Shown here: positions 28,171 to 43,112 of the stretch, piece after piece | Layout: each line of letters begins with the position of its first letter | Numbering within the stretch: the stretch's first letter is position 1 | Assembly: GCA_951406725.2 (NCBI GenBank) | Contig: OX597829.1 | Coordinates: forward strand, 10,044,001-10,108,000 | Length of the DNA stretch: 64,000 bases | Direction of reading: 5' to 3' | DNA from: Octopus vulgaris | Taxonomy: Eukaryota | The notes under the pieces: model-generated | Told to the model about the DNA's origin: nothing | Database searches by the model: none | The model's input: only the letters and a program-made list of their open reading frames with translations | Position numbers and translations under genes: made by a program

Positions 28171-28537
28171 AATTAGTTTAATAACTTTTTTTCTTTCACC
28201 AAAATTTCAGATGGATTTCTTTCTTCAGGAAGCTGTTTATTTTTTTGCCATTCTAAATTTTGATGATGTCGGATATTTTGATTGTGAACAAAAGAGTGGC
28301 AGAAATGGTACTAGTAACAGACTAAATGCTTCGTGGGGTATTTTTTAATTGATTTATTTCTTTACGTTTCCTTAATGTTGTGAGTCCAAATCTTTTTGGA
28401 CGTTCTGAGTTCAAATAGCAAACTTTGCTTTCCATTACTTTGAGGTTGATAAAATATACTACAGGTCAAAGTGTTGAGGTTGATCGAATGAATTAACCCC
28501 AACTGCACCTGATATTGCTGGACTTGTTCCAAAATTA

Positions 28538-28592
<55 letters not shown>

Positions 28593-29276
28593 CATAGTGT
28601 GTATAAATGTGTGCGTGTGAGAGAGTATGTGTGTATGAGTATGTTGCCACTTTTCCTTTGCAAAAACCCACACTTTGCAGACTATCACTTTAATATTCCA
28701 TAGTGTTTGGCCCTTTTGGCAATAAATAAATGATCATTACTTGATAGATCATCATATAAACGTGGAAGAGTGAGAATGACAACGATCTTTTCCATATCTA
28801 TTCGTAACATGTTCTTGTTCATTCCAATGTAAATATGCTGTTGTTTTTCTTCATCGGAGAACACATTCGTCTGAAAGGAATACTTTTCGAATGATGAAAT
28901 ATAATAACGATTAATAGTTTAAGGTTCAAATCTACCTCAAGAATGAACGTGCAGTTCACCGAATGCTATTTGGATTGGCAGAATTGGTTGAGCGTTGAAC
29001 AAAATACCTGGTGGTATTTAGCTACGGTCGTTTATGTTCTGAGTTCAAATCCCAGCAAGATCAGTTTTTGCCTTTCGTTAATACAGTATCGATAAAGTAA
29101 TTCGTTCCACCGTTCTAGTCGCGCATTATAGACAGTAATAAACGTAACTAAGGATGACGGGAAGGATGGTGACAAAGAAAAAGAATGTACACAGCAAAGA
29201 AAGAAAAGAAAAAAGACGACGAACATGATATCTCTTTCTCTCCACCCACACACATACACACACGCATGTATGTATG

Positions 29277-29340
<64 letters not shown>

Positions 29341-29369
29341 TATATACATAGATATATTGATATACATAC

Positions 29370-29427
<58 letters not shown>

Positions 29428-30084
29428 ATAGATTCATCACTAATGTTTAAATAAACTCTAAATAGTCTATGTCTAGTTTTTGTCAATAAACGACGTCTGA
29501 AGGAAGTACATCTTTGGATACTGATTAAAAAATACAACATTTATTTACATCTTAATGTCCAGACGAAAACATTTACCAAGATTTATCAACAGTTCATACA
29601 TATACACAAAATTACTTCATACACACACGCCATTTACACTCTTCCTGAGTTTCTCTGCAACTTTCTGTATCTCTCACTATTTATCACTCTCTTTTTCTTT
29701 ACCTATCACCAATTCTCTCTCTCTTTCTGTCTCTGTCTCTCTTTCTCTCTCTCTCTCTATCACACAGACACACACTTTCTCTCTCTCTTTCTTTTCCAGC
29801 TTCTATCACTTATTCTTTTACTCTGTGTATCAGACATTCAATATATATAATGATAGACATAAATAGATCCGTACAAGTGCAGACGTAAGTGTATTCATAC
29901 GAGCACACACACGTGTGCACGGCATGGTTGTATGACAAAGAAAAGATCGCTTCGCAACCACACATTCCTGAGTTCGATCCCAATTCATTGTCTGTGGAAC
30001 AACCAATATTTTGCATAGGTTCCGTCTGACCTTTGCATTGTTTACATAAATTTGACAAATGGGGATAGCACAGAGGATCACACA

Positions 30085-30134
<50 letters not shown>

Positions 30135-30163
30135 CATAATATATGTGTGTATGTGTGTGTCTA

Positions 30164-30203
<40 letters not shown>

Positions 30204-30256
30204 AAGATAGGCAGACAGACAGACAGACAGACAGAAAGACAGACAGATAGACAGAC

Positions 30257-30315
<59 letters not shown>

Positions 30316-31819
30316 CAGACAGATAGATAGATAGATAGATAGACAGATAGATAGATAAATAGATAAAGAGAAAGAGAGAAAGAAAGAAAGAAAGAATGAA
30401 TGAATGAATGAAAGAAAGAATGAAAGAGAAGAGCGTGGGAGAGAGAGGGAGACAGAGATATGCATCTGTGTATGCGTGCTTTGCTCTGTGTTTATTCATG
30501 TGCCATGACTGTTTAACAGGCATCAGCGATCGTGTAACTCCAAATCTGGAAATTCAGAAGTTTTCTAGGGAAGCTACACCAGTGATATCCTATTGCCAAA
30601 CGTAATTTTATTTATACTTTTTCTGTGTTAGTTTCTTGTTATAGTGTGTTTCGATTGCCCCTTATTGTAAATGTATGATGGGCCTGCGGGACAGTGATGT
30701 ATTAGTATATCCAACGTAAGAGCTGCATGTATGCATCCCCAGTTGCGTACATATTAGGATGTGTGTGCGTTCTGCACCCATGGATGCTCAAGTAATGTGG
30801 AAATGCGTCAAACTGTTATTAGATACTTGCCATTCAAACTACATATATGGAGAGCTATTTTCTTTCGTTTGCACACCACTCACTCGTATATATATACAGT
30901 CACGCCTAAATATATGTATAATCACCTACTCATACATAGTTGCATCCACACACATACGCGCGGGCACATACATATTTATAACTATACGTATACATCAACA
31001 GAAAAACGCTGATCTTGAATAAGCGAGCAGGCCAGTGAGAACAATTAAAATGTGTTGTGTTTGAGTACAGCCCTTGAGTTGCAAGATTCTCCAAATGGGC
31101 AGCGGGTAGGTTTTCGAAAATTACAGGATGAAGTTGAAGTGCACGTTTGTGTCTTTTGCAGCATCCACTCGTAAAAGAAATATTGTATAAACAGGTGTAG
31201 CTCACCTAGGCATTATGTAGGTTGAAAAGCTTATAGTAATTGTGACTCTTGGGGAAATACTTCTTAATCAACTATCTTCGTTGATTGGAATTTATAGGGT
31301 TACATGGAGGGTAAAACCAGATTATCTCTCCCTTTCTGGTCCTCTTCGGTTACAGAGATGGAGGCAGGTCCTCCATCTATGTTAACTTCTCGACAAAACT
31401 GATCCTCACTAATGCGACGTTGTAGTAGTGGAGCGGGACTGCTGAATAGACCAGCTGATCTATTAGTGAAGCCGTCGACAGTTCTTCTCTAACCAATTAC
31501 ATATGAAAATAAATAAAAACTTGTGGTAACTGGTATATATACGCACCAACACCCTCAACATTCATAAGTCTGATGTCGTTGAAGTCACTTCATAAATCAG
31601 TGTGACAGCGAGGTGTTACCAGCTTCTTGTCTAGCCACGAAGTCCAACATTTTCTTCTTTTTTAATGTATTTAGTGTGGCTGGAATTTCAACTCCATTTC
31701 TAATAACACAATGCGACCCGGTAGCCATTTTTGAATTTCATCACCTCTCCATTCGGCTACGTCTCACGTTTCATGGGGTCGAATCGAACTTCTAAATTTT
31801 GTACACACACATTCACACA

Positions 31820-31854
<35 letters not shown>

Positions 31855-32065
31855 TCACACACACACACACACACATACACACACACACATACACACACAT
31901 GTATATATTTATATAAGTTAAATAAATGTCAAAAACCTCAAGGGATAATAAAATCCAATGAATATACTGTTTGGTTACCTATTTAAAAAGTGTTGAATAT
32001 TACAATTAATATTCACCTGTAAGGTAAATAGATAAACCGTGGTTTATATATATTTTAAGAAGATG

Positions 32066-32168
32066 AGAAAATAGAGAGATAATTCATAATTATTTATTAA
32101 TTAAAAATTTATTAATTAATTAATTTTTTTTGTTAATAAACAATTATTAATTTATCTCTCTATTTTCT
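32066..32168. repeat. AT-rich hairpin, ~35-bp arms
   Basis: AGAAAATAGAGAGATAA...TTATCTCTCTATTTTCT. Confidence 0.65.
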
Positions 32169-32249
32169 TATGTTATATATATATATATACATACATGCAT
32201 ACACACACACGCATAAATGTATGTATGTCATGCACTCATACATACATAC

Positions 32250-32283
<34 letters not shown>

Positions 32284-32284
32284 A

Positions 32285-32476
32285 TGATTTTCTCCTCGCC
32301 ATCGCTTGACAATCGATGCTGGTGTACTTATGTCCCCGAAACCTAGCAGTATTGCTAAAGAGACCGATAGAAATAAGTACTACGCATGCAAGGAATAAGT
32401 TCTGGGATCGATTTCTTCGACTAAAGGTGGTGCTCCAGCATGGCCGCAGTCAAATGACTTAAACAAATAAAAGAAT
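32285..32476 (+). mobile_element. SINE family A, 3' half
   Basis: ATCGCTTGACAATCGATGCTGGTG...GTGCTCCAGCATGGCCGCAGTC. Confidence 0.8.
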
Positions 32477-34177
32477 ATATACAGTTTTTGTAAGAATGTA
32501 AGTCATCTGATGCCAATGTCGGAGATGACCAGTGAGGCAAAGCTAGCTCAAAATCTCCAGAGCAGGATCATGCATTTAAATAGAGGGGGAAGAATATGCT
32601 TACATTACATCATTTCTGCCCCATGAATAAAGGAAAAAAACACTAAGCACATGAGCCATGACTGTGATACTACAATAGAATCTCTTGAGAGATGGGTCAT
32701 TGGTAACTGTGAAATATTAACTGAAGACGGTGAGAAAGAATGTCTGTTGCTGAAAAAAAAAATGACTACGCCAAACAGCCATCATTAGCCAGAAATATGT
32801 TTCTAATCCACAAGTTGTATACCATAGGATGAAAGAAAACATCTCTTTAAAACACCCACTTGACAGAAAACTACAGGCCTCTTGCTTGCTTAAACATTAT
32901 GTATATAAGTTGTCTCAACTAATTCATCCAAGACTATTTGCAAGTCCAACAAGGTATGACTGATCAGCAGGTATGTGAACAGGAAAGTGTGTAAGAACAT
33001 GCCGAATGGCTGCTAATTAATAAAAACTGTGCTGACGGAAGTAAAAATATATAAATAAATAAAATAGAAAAATAACAGTAGAAACCTTGTGACAGTGTTG
33101 CTTGATTACTGATATGTGTTTGCTTATGTTTCGTACACACGGTTATTGAAATCACTGCATTTGGAAAAAGTACCTGCTATTCTAATTACTGCAGTTGAAA
33201 GGCTAAGGCATGGTCAAACATAAAAATGCATTGATTGTCTAAGTCGCTTTACTTCTCCCTAAAATAGTGTTCCAACACATCAGTACCACTGTACTTTTAT
33301 TTATCATAACATTATATTCACAGATATTTTATATACAAAAATATGCACTGGTTACATGCTAGGGAATCTACAACAATAGAATAAACACCGATTTGAATTC
33401 ATATATACTTGGGCGGCGTACTCTAGAAATATACAGACGTTCGCTAGAAATATATAGACGTTCGCTTAAAGTATTTACAGTTATGAAAACTCAAGTGATT
33501 CGATTCGGTTTTCGGCTGATATATGGAGAGATTTTGGTTAAAATATGCATACTCGATAGCTGCTGAGTAGGGAAAAACTGTTTCCCATGGCGAAAAAAAT
33601 CTATCTTTCTCTAGCGGCTACTTCTTCACTATGTGTTCACAAAATGTGTACTAAAGTAAGCGAAATATTGGCGAAAATACAAAACAGAAATATAGGCTGA
33701 CCACAGAAAGACAAAGTAAACTAGATATATCATACTAGGCCTTAAAAAGTACAGAAAAACCCTTCCTTCCTAAAGTAAAATAATATCCGTAATTCCACCG
33801 TACTACCAGTGTGTGTGCGTGTGTGTGTGTGTAGATTTAAGCTCGTTTATTTAGACGTCACTCAAAAGCTAATAGGTTCTAACAGAAGGGAGAAAAGGCT
33901 AAACAAGATCTTGACTTGCGCTCATCTTCAGCTGTGTAGGCTGGAGTACGGTGAAATGATGTGCATGCTCAAAGAAAACGTGGTACCCGCTCCAGGAAAT
34001 GCGCCTACGAATTTAAAACAGAGACCCAAACATTCTAACCACTAGGCCACGCACAAGACATACATGCACACACACACAAATGCAGACACACACATATATA
34101 CAAATACGTACATACATGCATACAAACGTGCGTAAATACATCGATATTGCACACACACACACACACACACACGTATG

Positions 34178-34209
<32 letters not shown>

Positions 34210-36324
34210 TACGTATATTCGCACATAAAATATACAAATACACATATTATCTATGATGTACTCATGCATATATGAACATGCGCACATCTAATCACGTGTG
34301 TATATACATAGATGCATTCATACGTACATACGTACGTACATACATACGTACATACGTACTTACATACATACGTACGTACATAATACATACATACATACAC
34401 ATGCGCACGCATGTATACATTGATGTATAGGTTCATAAATACAGAGTATTATAGACAAATACCGGCATACATATACATACATAAATAATTTTAAAATAAA
34501 ATAAAATTATTTATAGGCTTAAAAGTAAATACTTTTTTAAAGAAAATATATCAAATTTTATTATTAGGTTTACAGTTTCCATATATCATCCAACACTCTC
34601 AAAGAATTCATCCGTCATATCCTTTCAGTTATTTTTATAATTTGGCATTACATACAAAAAAAAAAAAGAAAAGAAACAGAATGTAGGTTTTTTTATTTTT
34701 TCATTTTCATATATAATTGGTTAGAGAAGAACTATCGAAGGCTTCACTAATATATTAAATGTATCGTAAAAAACACAAAACAAAAAAATATTTACTTAAT
34801 TCCAGATTGCAAAATATCAGACATCATACTGAGTTCACTTTGATGTTTTAAAGATGGAATTGGTCGGAACAGGATGGCGTGTTTGCAATTGTGGAATCGA
34901 TATTGCAATTTTGAGAATTGCTCGCAGATCACCAGTGTACAAGAACAATATTGAGATGAATCCTAATGGAAGGAAAGAAAAAACAGGAATGACACAAAGC
35001 CATTATGCATCGAACATTCAGAATGACTTGTGTGTTGTCAGCAAACAGTGTGGAAATAGAGATAAAGACACAACAGATCGTGAACCCTGGCTGAATGCTG
35101 CCACCCGATTTGAAAACACCCGATGTGAGAGTGAGTACAGCTGTACATCGACTAACATTAACAGGTTGCTGTGCCACATAAAGTATCTAAGTATAGTGAA
35201 GCAGAATTCGAACATTAAGAAATAATTTGTCTTACTCTTGAATGTTGGTGGCCTCTCAGTATTTCATTCGTAACTCTTCAAAGGAATTTTACTTCAACGC
35301 TTCAAAATATTTAAACGTTTGGAATTTGTAAAATAATTAACATCTGCATGCTGCAAAAAGAGATGAGTTCCAATTCCCTGCAATTCTGTTCACAGGACAA
35401 AATTTCACTTTAACTGTTTTGCTTTGGCTTTTTTTTTTTTATTTCCGATGTTAAATTTTATTACTTTCTAAGAGTTTTATATTTCCTTCTTATCAAAACT
35501 CTTGTCAATCTGCTTTTACTCTGGTAAAGTAAATTTATAAGGAAATTTATATTTTAGGGCAGGGGCGTGTGATCTAAAGATGATTTGGCGAAATGGCAAA
35601 TCCTATAGAAAATTTTGAGAAAATCCTGTTTGGTTTCCTGTATAGGTTATTGGCACTTGGACTAAAGCAATAGCAAATTTCAGAAAGGTTTACATCTCAC
35701 CACAGTTCGTCGACTGATAAAGGCTACTCTTAGGAATTAAGTAATTAGTCTTGTTTCTCTATTCACTATCCTCTGAAAAAGCGTAATTCTAATTTTTTCC
35801 CTAAAAACTGACTTGCTTGGAAGATAACTAAGAAGTGTCATGAATGTAATTTGTTTTTCTTTTTGCAATGGAAGTGTTATGGGGTAGTTCGCTATAAGCT
35901 AAGAAGAATTGTTTAAACAATTTAATGATGCTAGCGATCTTGAATTCAGAATTCGTTCGCTCTACTAACTGTAATAACAGCCAAATTTCCCTCAAATCTG
36001 ACCCAGCAGTTTAACATGAAGAAATGATACCTGAGATGATATAAACTCAGGATATCTATTTCTGGAAACAAGATGGGATAGTCACAGATGGAACGCGATT
36101 GACTGTAGATCTACTAGATGGATTTTGCGTCTGAACTAGACAACGAAATGTATTTATGTATTTATAGATGTGCATGTTTTGATTATTATTCTACTTGGTT
36201 AGGGCTGAAGTGAGGTTAAACTAGAAAAATAGTTTTTCATATTTTGAATACTCAGCTAATCACAGTAGAAATTCGAGAAAATATTGTTTGGTTTATTTTG
36301 CTTAGATGCAAACGCAATATATTG

Positions 36325-36538
36325 ATTTCAAAGTTTTTTGCACAATGTCAGCAATTTCGAGGAGAGGATATGTTGGTTACATCAACCCCCAGTACGTAAC
36401 TGGTAGTTAATTTATCGAGCCCGAGAAGATGAAAGAGAAAGACAACGCTGGCGGCATTTGGACTCAGAACGTAAAGACAGAAGAAATGCTGCTAGGCAAT
36501 TTGCTCGACGTGCTAACCATTCTGCCTGCTCGCCACCT
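36325..36538 (-). mobile_element. SINE family B
   Basis: Reverse complement of head, core and tail. Confidence 0.75.
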
Positions 36539-36635
36539 TTCAATGGTAATATATATTGAGAGTAATTTTCTTTTTCAAAACTGCGTTTTCAATCTTTTAT
36601 TAAGCATGACTCTTCAGAAATATATTCTAATGAAT

Positions 36636-37058
36636 TACTCTTTTACTCTTTTAATTGTTTCAGTCATTTGACTGCGGCCATGCTGGAGCACTGCCTTTAG
36701 TCGAGCAAATCGACCCCAGGACTTATTCGTTGTAAGCCTAGTACTTATTCAATCGGTCTCTTAAGCCGAACCGCTAATTTACGGGGACTTAAATACACCA
36801 GTATCGGTTGTCAATCGATGCTGGACAAACACAGACACACAAACATATACACACATACATATATATATATTCATATACATATACATATACATATACGTCA
36901 GGCTTCTTTCAGTTTCCTTCAACCAAATCCACTCACAAGGCTTTGGTCGGCCCGGGGCTATAGCAGAAGACACTTGCCCAAGATGCCACGCAGTGGGACT
37001 GAACCCGGAACCATGTGGTTGGGAAGCAAGCTACTTATCACACAGCCACTCCTGCGCC
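36636..37058 (-). mobile_element. SINE family A, full length
   Basis: Reverse complement of 18508-18907 layout. Confidence 0.9.
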
Positions 37059-38567
37059 AAATTATGTAAATATCTTGTAGGTAATACAGCAATAAACGAA
37101 CTACCCAGAAGAATGGTGAAGGAGATACATTGTTCTACCTATAGGAACCCATTTCTACGTTGGCAATACCTATCCTGAGCAATATGAGCAAGGTTGTGAT
37201 TCAAAACCTAATACACGGCATGCCTCTATCTTTGTAAGTTCGAAAAGAAACTTATCGGTAATCGGCCGGTGATTTAGTCAGTTTGAGAGCCTCTACACGC
37301 CGGGTGAGGAAGCTTGGGTGTGGCTCCAAATTCACAGCTTGCCACTACAGGAAATATCGCTACATGTCATAAAAAGGTAGTGGGAGTGTCGGAGAAGGTA
37401 TAATGTGTTTGTCTTTCTCAAAGGAATTTAGCAGCGGATAGGTTAGGAGAAATAAATTTAACCAAGAACTGAAATTTATAGTTCAATCGCGTCTCGACTA
37501 GATATTACTTCTTGTTCTATTGTATTCGTTACATGATTGAAATATCATATTGAACAGATTAGCAACGTTTAGCATATTTTCAGTTTATTTTCAACGGCGA
37601 ATACATCCATACAGCATTGTCAATCCGTGTATTCTTTAAGACTATAGAACCTAAGAGAAATTATATATAGCTAAAAAAAAGAGCAACACAAAACATTATA
37701 GAAAGCTTCAACAATGAAGAAAGAGTTCGGTGCTGTTTATAATTTAAATAGTGTAAAATTTATACGCACACAGAAAAAAAAATTCAACGTATGTTCCTGC
37801 CTTTTTGAAAAATCTATTCATATTGAGTGAAATCCCAGAACATTGGATTGTATCTTTAGGAATTTACAAAAGATGATATAATACATGATAGTTGTTTTTC
37901 TTTTTTAGACTTCAATTTGGAGATGGATAATGTAGTGAAAATCAAGTTCGTCTCGTTTTTCTATAGTAAAGGAAGGAAAACAGCTATAGTGGGAGCATCA
38001 AATCAACTGAAATAAACGTATTTATCACATTACTGTTTATGAATGATCAGGAGAATAAAGAAGAAAAAAACAGAAAGAAAGAGAAAAAAACGATTCAAAT
38101 TACACGTTCACTCGAACGTCTAAGCTGCCAATAAATGTGAGATTTAGGCTTGTGAAGATCACAGGAATGTAGAAGCGAAATAGATGGTAAATGTTTATGA
38201 TGTTGAAGAAAAACGGGGGTCATTGGAGCGTGATTTGCTGGTGACATTAATAAATTGGTTCGGTCATATGGTTTTTCAGAAATGGATTCATTAAATATCG
38301 TGATATAAAGAATTCATGTCTAATTAGAAATATTTTATTGAAATGTGATGAGCTTCGTAGAGCGGGAGTTATGCTCTTCCAGAAGAAAACCGACACAGCG
38401 TACCTGGTTTCAATTCTTGATTGCAACTATTCCATTCTCAATATAAACTGTGAAACTACTGCAAAACATAAAAAAAAAATAACATCAAAAGGAGAGAGTG
38501 AAAAAGATTAAGCGACTCATATTTTCACACTTTCAGTCTTAAAGTACAGAAATATAAGAATAACTGT

Positions 38568-38807
38568 TTTACTCTTTTTTACTTGTTTCAGTCATTTGAC
38601 TGTGGCCATACTGGAGCACCGCCTTTAGTTGAGCAAATCGACCCCAGGACTTATTCTTTGTAAGCCTGGTACTTATTCTATCGGTCTCTTTTGCCGAACC
38701 GCTAAGTTACGGGGACGTAAACACACCAGCATCGGTTCTCAAGCGATGTTGAGGGACAAACACAGACATACACACACACACGCACACACATACACACACA
38801 CACACAC

Positions 38808-38852
<45 letters not shown>

Positions 38853-39020
38853 CATACATATATACGACGGGCTTCTTTCTGTTTCCGTCTACGAAATCCA
38901 CTCACAAGGATTTGGTCGGCCCAAAGCTATAGTAGAAGACACTTGCAAAAGGTGCTACGCAGTGGGACTGAACCCTGAACCATGTGGTTCGTAAACAAGC
39001 TAGTTACCACACAGCCACTC
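38568..39020 (-). mobile_element. SINE family A, full length
   Basis: Same layout with internal (CA)n. Confidence 0.9.
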
Positions 39021-39034
39021 ATACTCCTACTGAT

Positions 39035-39215
39035 AATGGTTTCAAGTTTTGGCACAGAGCCAGCAGTTTTTGAGGGAACAGGATGTCGATTACGTCGACG
39101 CCAGAGTTCAACTGGTACTTATTTTATCGACCTCGACGATATTTGAACGTAGAACGAAAAGACGAACGGAAGGCATTTTTCCCGGCATGCTAACGATTCT
39201 GCCAGATCGAAGCCT
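39035..39215 (-). mobile_element. SINE family B
   Basis: CTGGTACTTATTTTATCGACC...GCTAACGATTCTGCCAG. Confidence 0.75.
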
Positions 39216-39296
39216 TTAAAACAACCAACCACAACACTTTCTCAAATAATTATACTGACAAGAATGATTTGGACAACAATAATTTAATTTATAACG

Positions 39297-41824
39297 TCTA
39301 AGATATATATATATCAATGGTCTAAGTATATGCCTGGTCTAAGTATATACCTGGTCTAAGTATATACCTGGTCTAAGTATATCCCTTGTCTAAGTATATC
39401 CCTTGTCTAAGTATATCCCTGGTGAAAGTATATCCCTTGTCTAAGTATATCCCTGGTCTAAGTATATCCCTGGTGTAAGTATATCCCTGGTGTAAGTATA
39501 TCCCTGGTCTAAGTATATGCCTGGTGTAAGTATATCCTTGGTGTAAGTATATCCCTTGTCTAAGTATATCCCTGGTCTAAGTATATCCCTGGTATAAGTA
39601 TATCCCTGGTGTAAGTATATCCCTGGTCTAAGTATATACCTGGTGTAAGTATATCCCTGGTCTAAGTATATCCCTGGTCTAAGTATATGCCTGGTGTAAG
39701 TATATCCCTGGTGTAAGTATTTCCCTGGTCTAAGTATATGCCTGGTGTAAGTATATCCTTGGTGTAAGTATATCCCTGGTCTAAGTATATGCCTGGTGTA
39801 AGTATATCCTTGGTGTAAGTATATCCCTGGTCTAAGTATATGCCTGGTGTAAGTATATCCCTGGTCTAAGTATATCCCTGGTCTAAGTATATGTCTGGTG
39901 TAAGTATATCCCTGGTGTAAGTATATCCCTGGTCTAAGTATATGCCTGGTGTAAGTATATCCTTGGTGTAAGTATATCCCTGGTCTAAGTATATGCCTGG
40001 TGTAAGTAGATCCCTGGTCTAAGGATATCCCTGGTTTAAGTATATCCCTTGTCTAAGTATATGCCTGGTGTAAGTATATCCCTGGTCTAAGTATATGCCT
40101 GGTGTAAGTATATCCCTGGTGTAAGTATATCCCTTGTCTAAGTATATCCCTTGTCTAAGTATATCCCTGGTCTAAGTATATCCCTGGTCTAAGTATATAT
40201 TCCTGGTTTAAGTATATCCCTGGTCTAAGTATATCTCTGGTGTAAGTATATCTCTGGTGTAAGTATATCCCTGGTCTAAGTATATCCCTGGTCTAAGTAT
40301 ATCCCTGGTTTAAGTATATCCCTTGTCTAAGTATATGCCTGGTGTAAGTATATCCCTGGTCTAAGTATATGTCTGGTGTAAGTATATCTCTGGTGTAAGT
40401 ATATCCCTGGTCTAAGTATATCCCTGGTCTAAGTATATCCCTTGTCTAAGTATATCTCTGGTGTAAGTATATCTCTGGTGTAAGTATATCTCTGGTGTAA
40501 GTATATCTCTGGTGTAAGTATATCCCTGGTCTAAGTATATCCCTGGTCTAAGTTTATCCCTGGTGTAAGTATATCCCTTGTCTAAGTATATGCCTGGTGT
40601 AAATATATCCCTGGTCTAAGTATATGTCTGGTGTAAGTATATCTCTGGTGTAAGTATATCCCTGGTCTAAGTGTATCCCTGGTCTAAGTATATCCCTGGT
40701 CTAAGTATATCCCTTGTCTAAGTATATCCCTGGTCTAAGTATATGTCTGGTGTAAGTATATCTCTGGTGTAAGTATATCTCTGGTGTAAGTATATCCCTG
40801 GTCTAAGTATATCCCTGGTGTAAGTATATCCCTGGTGTAAGTATATCCCTTGTCTAAGTATATGTCTGGTGTAAGTATATCCCTGGTGTAAGTATATCCC
40901 TGGTCTAAATATATGTATGGTGTAAGTATATCTCTGGTGTAAGTATATCTCTGGTGTAAGTATATCCCTGGTGTAAGTATATCCCTGGTGTAAGTATATC
41001 CCTGGTGTAAATATATCCCTGGTCTAATGTATATCAATGGTCTAAGTATATCCCTGGTGTAAGTATATCCCCGGTGTAAGTATATCCCTCGTCTAAGTAT
41101 ATCCCTCGTCTAAGTATATCCCTGGTCTAAGTATATCCCTGGTGTAAGTATATCCCTGGTGTAAATATATCCCTGGTCTAATGTATATCAATGGTCTAAG
41201 TATATCCCTCGTGTAAGTATATCCCTGGTGTAAGTATATCCCTCGTCTAAGTATATCAATGGTCTAAGTATATCCCTGGTCTAAGTATATCCCTGGTGTA
41301 AGTATATCCCTCGTCTAAGTATATCCCTGGTCTAAGTATATGTCTGGTGTAAGTATATCCCTGGTCTAAGTATATCCCTGGTGTAAGTATATCCCTGGTG
41401 TAAATATATCCCTGGTCTAATGTATATCAATGGTCTAAGTATATCCCTGGTGTAAGTATATCCCTGGTTTAAGTATATCCCTCGTCTAAGTATATCCCTC
41501 GTCTAAGTATATCCCTGGTGTAAGTATATCCCTGGTGTAAGTATATCCCTGGTGTAAATATATCCCTGGTCTAATGTATATCAATGGTCTAAGTATATCC
41601 CTGGTGTAAGTATATCCCTGGTGTAAGTATATCCCTCGTCTAAGTATATCAATGGTCTAAGTATATCCCTGGTCTAAGTATATCCCTGGTGTAAGTATAT
41701 CCCTCGTCTAAGTATATCCCTGGTCTAAGTATATGTCTTGTGTAAGTATATCCCTGGTGTAAGTATATCCCTGGTCTAAGTATATCCCTGGTCTAAGTAT
41801 ATCCCTGGTCTAAGTATATCAATA
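39297..41824. repeat. 17-bp minisatellite, consensus TAAGTATATCCCTGGT(C/G), ~147 units
   Basis: Contiguous tandem units with a limited set of variants and no spacers. Confidence 0.97.
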
Positions 41825-43079
41825 GTTACTTATCATCGACAAACCGAAGAAGAGAAACTAAAACCGACATCGGTGGAATTTGAAGAGAAAACATTAAAAT
41901 GAGATAAATGAATAGAGTAAGATAGTATGATTGTGGTTATGAGGTTCACTGAGCAGTCACTTGGTTCCAGTTTCGATTCCACTACGTGTAGTATTGACAG
42001 AAATTTTCTACCGCAGCTTTGAAGATCGCGAATATCTTATAAGTGAGATTTGAGGAAATTGTATTGAAGCTTTTTATGTGAAGCTGTGTAAGTGTACGTA
42101 TGCGAATGTATTTGTGTGCGCATTGGAGTTTGTATTGGATATGTGCGTGTGTATATATTCTTACTTGAATGTGTGTATGATTATGCATACTCATGTGTAT
42201 GTATGTGTATCGTTTTCAATGAATTTTATAAACATCACAAAGTTAGCACACACACACACGCGCACATATATTGTGAAATTTTGCATATGGAAAATATAGA
42301 AATATGTGTGTGTGTGTGTGTGTGTGTGTGTACACCAACGAACACAACGGATTTCAATAATATGCACCAACCGAATTTTACTTACAAAGTAAGTAAAATA
42401 GAAGACACTTGTCCAAAGTGCTATCAAGACAAATTGACCCTGAAGCCAGTGGCCCAGAAACGAACTTCTTAACCATCCTTGCCCCTATAAAATTAACACA
42501 TAACCGAAGAATCATTGTCATCGTTATCGGTGCAGCAGACGACATCGTCGTCATTGTCTTCAGCGTTGGCGTTGTCGTCACCGTAAAAACGATCTTTTAC
42601 TCTCTGTCTCATGTCGCAGAACATGACAGGATTTGAAGCTGGAAAATAAATCTGAAATGCTGAAATAAGCAATATTTTTGACTCTCGAATGAATGTTTGA
42701 TTAAATCCCACTGCACAGCACTTTGAGCAAGGGTTTTCTACTGTAGCCCCTAAAGCCTACCAATGCTTTGTAAGTGAATTTCATAACTGTGCAGAAGCCC
42801 GTCCTATCACCGCCAACAATTAACTCAAATAGCTCTAAACCGTACGGTCTGGTGGTCCTGTCACTGGAAATAGTAGTAGATCTCTCCCCTGCTTGCAATA
42901 TATACCGGTTGCAGATTGCATCGAATAACCAGCTGGAGGAGGCATTCTCCTGGGGTTAAAATAGTAGTAATGTCAGTTGTTACGGAACAGCCATATTGAA
43001 GTGGTAATAAACGTTACTTCTCAGCTGAGTTACTACTTTCATCTTTTTTAGAGATTTTCTAATTAGCCAAATTGCTTGT

Positions 43080-43112
<33 letters not shown>

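Larger units (their letters stand above)
31461..34752. repeat. pair of 50-bp inverted repeats (31461-31510 / 34703-34752)
   Basis: TATTAGTGAAGCCGTCGACAGTTCTTCTCTAACCAATTACATATGAAAAT and its reverse complement, 3 mismatches. Confidence 0.75.

Noticed and set aside
34854-35225. 123-aa ORF in unique sequence
   Set aside because: No motifs or splice support; length expected by chance.
39297-41824. CRISPR array, or repeat-protein ORF 40735-41037 (YTYTRDILTPGIYL)
   Set aside because: Contiguous 17-bp units with no unique spacers, no cas genes and a eukaryotic context; the ORF is a chance stop-free run.
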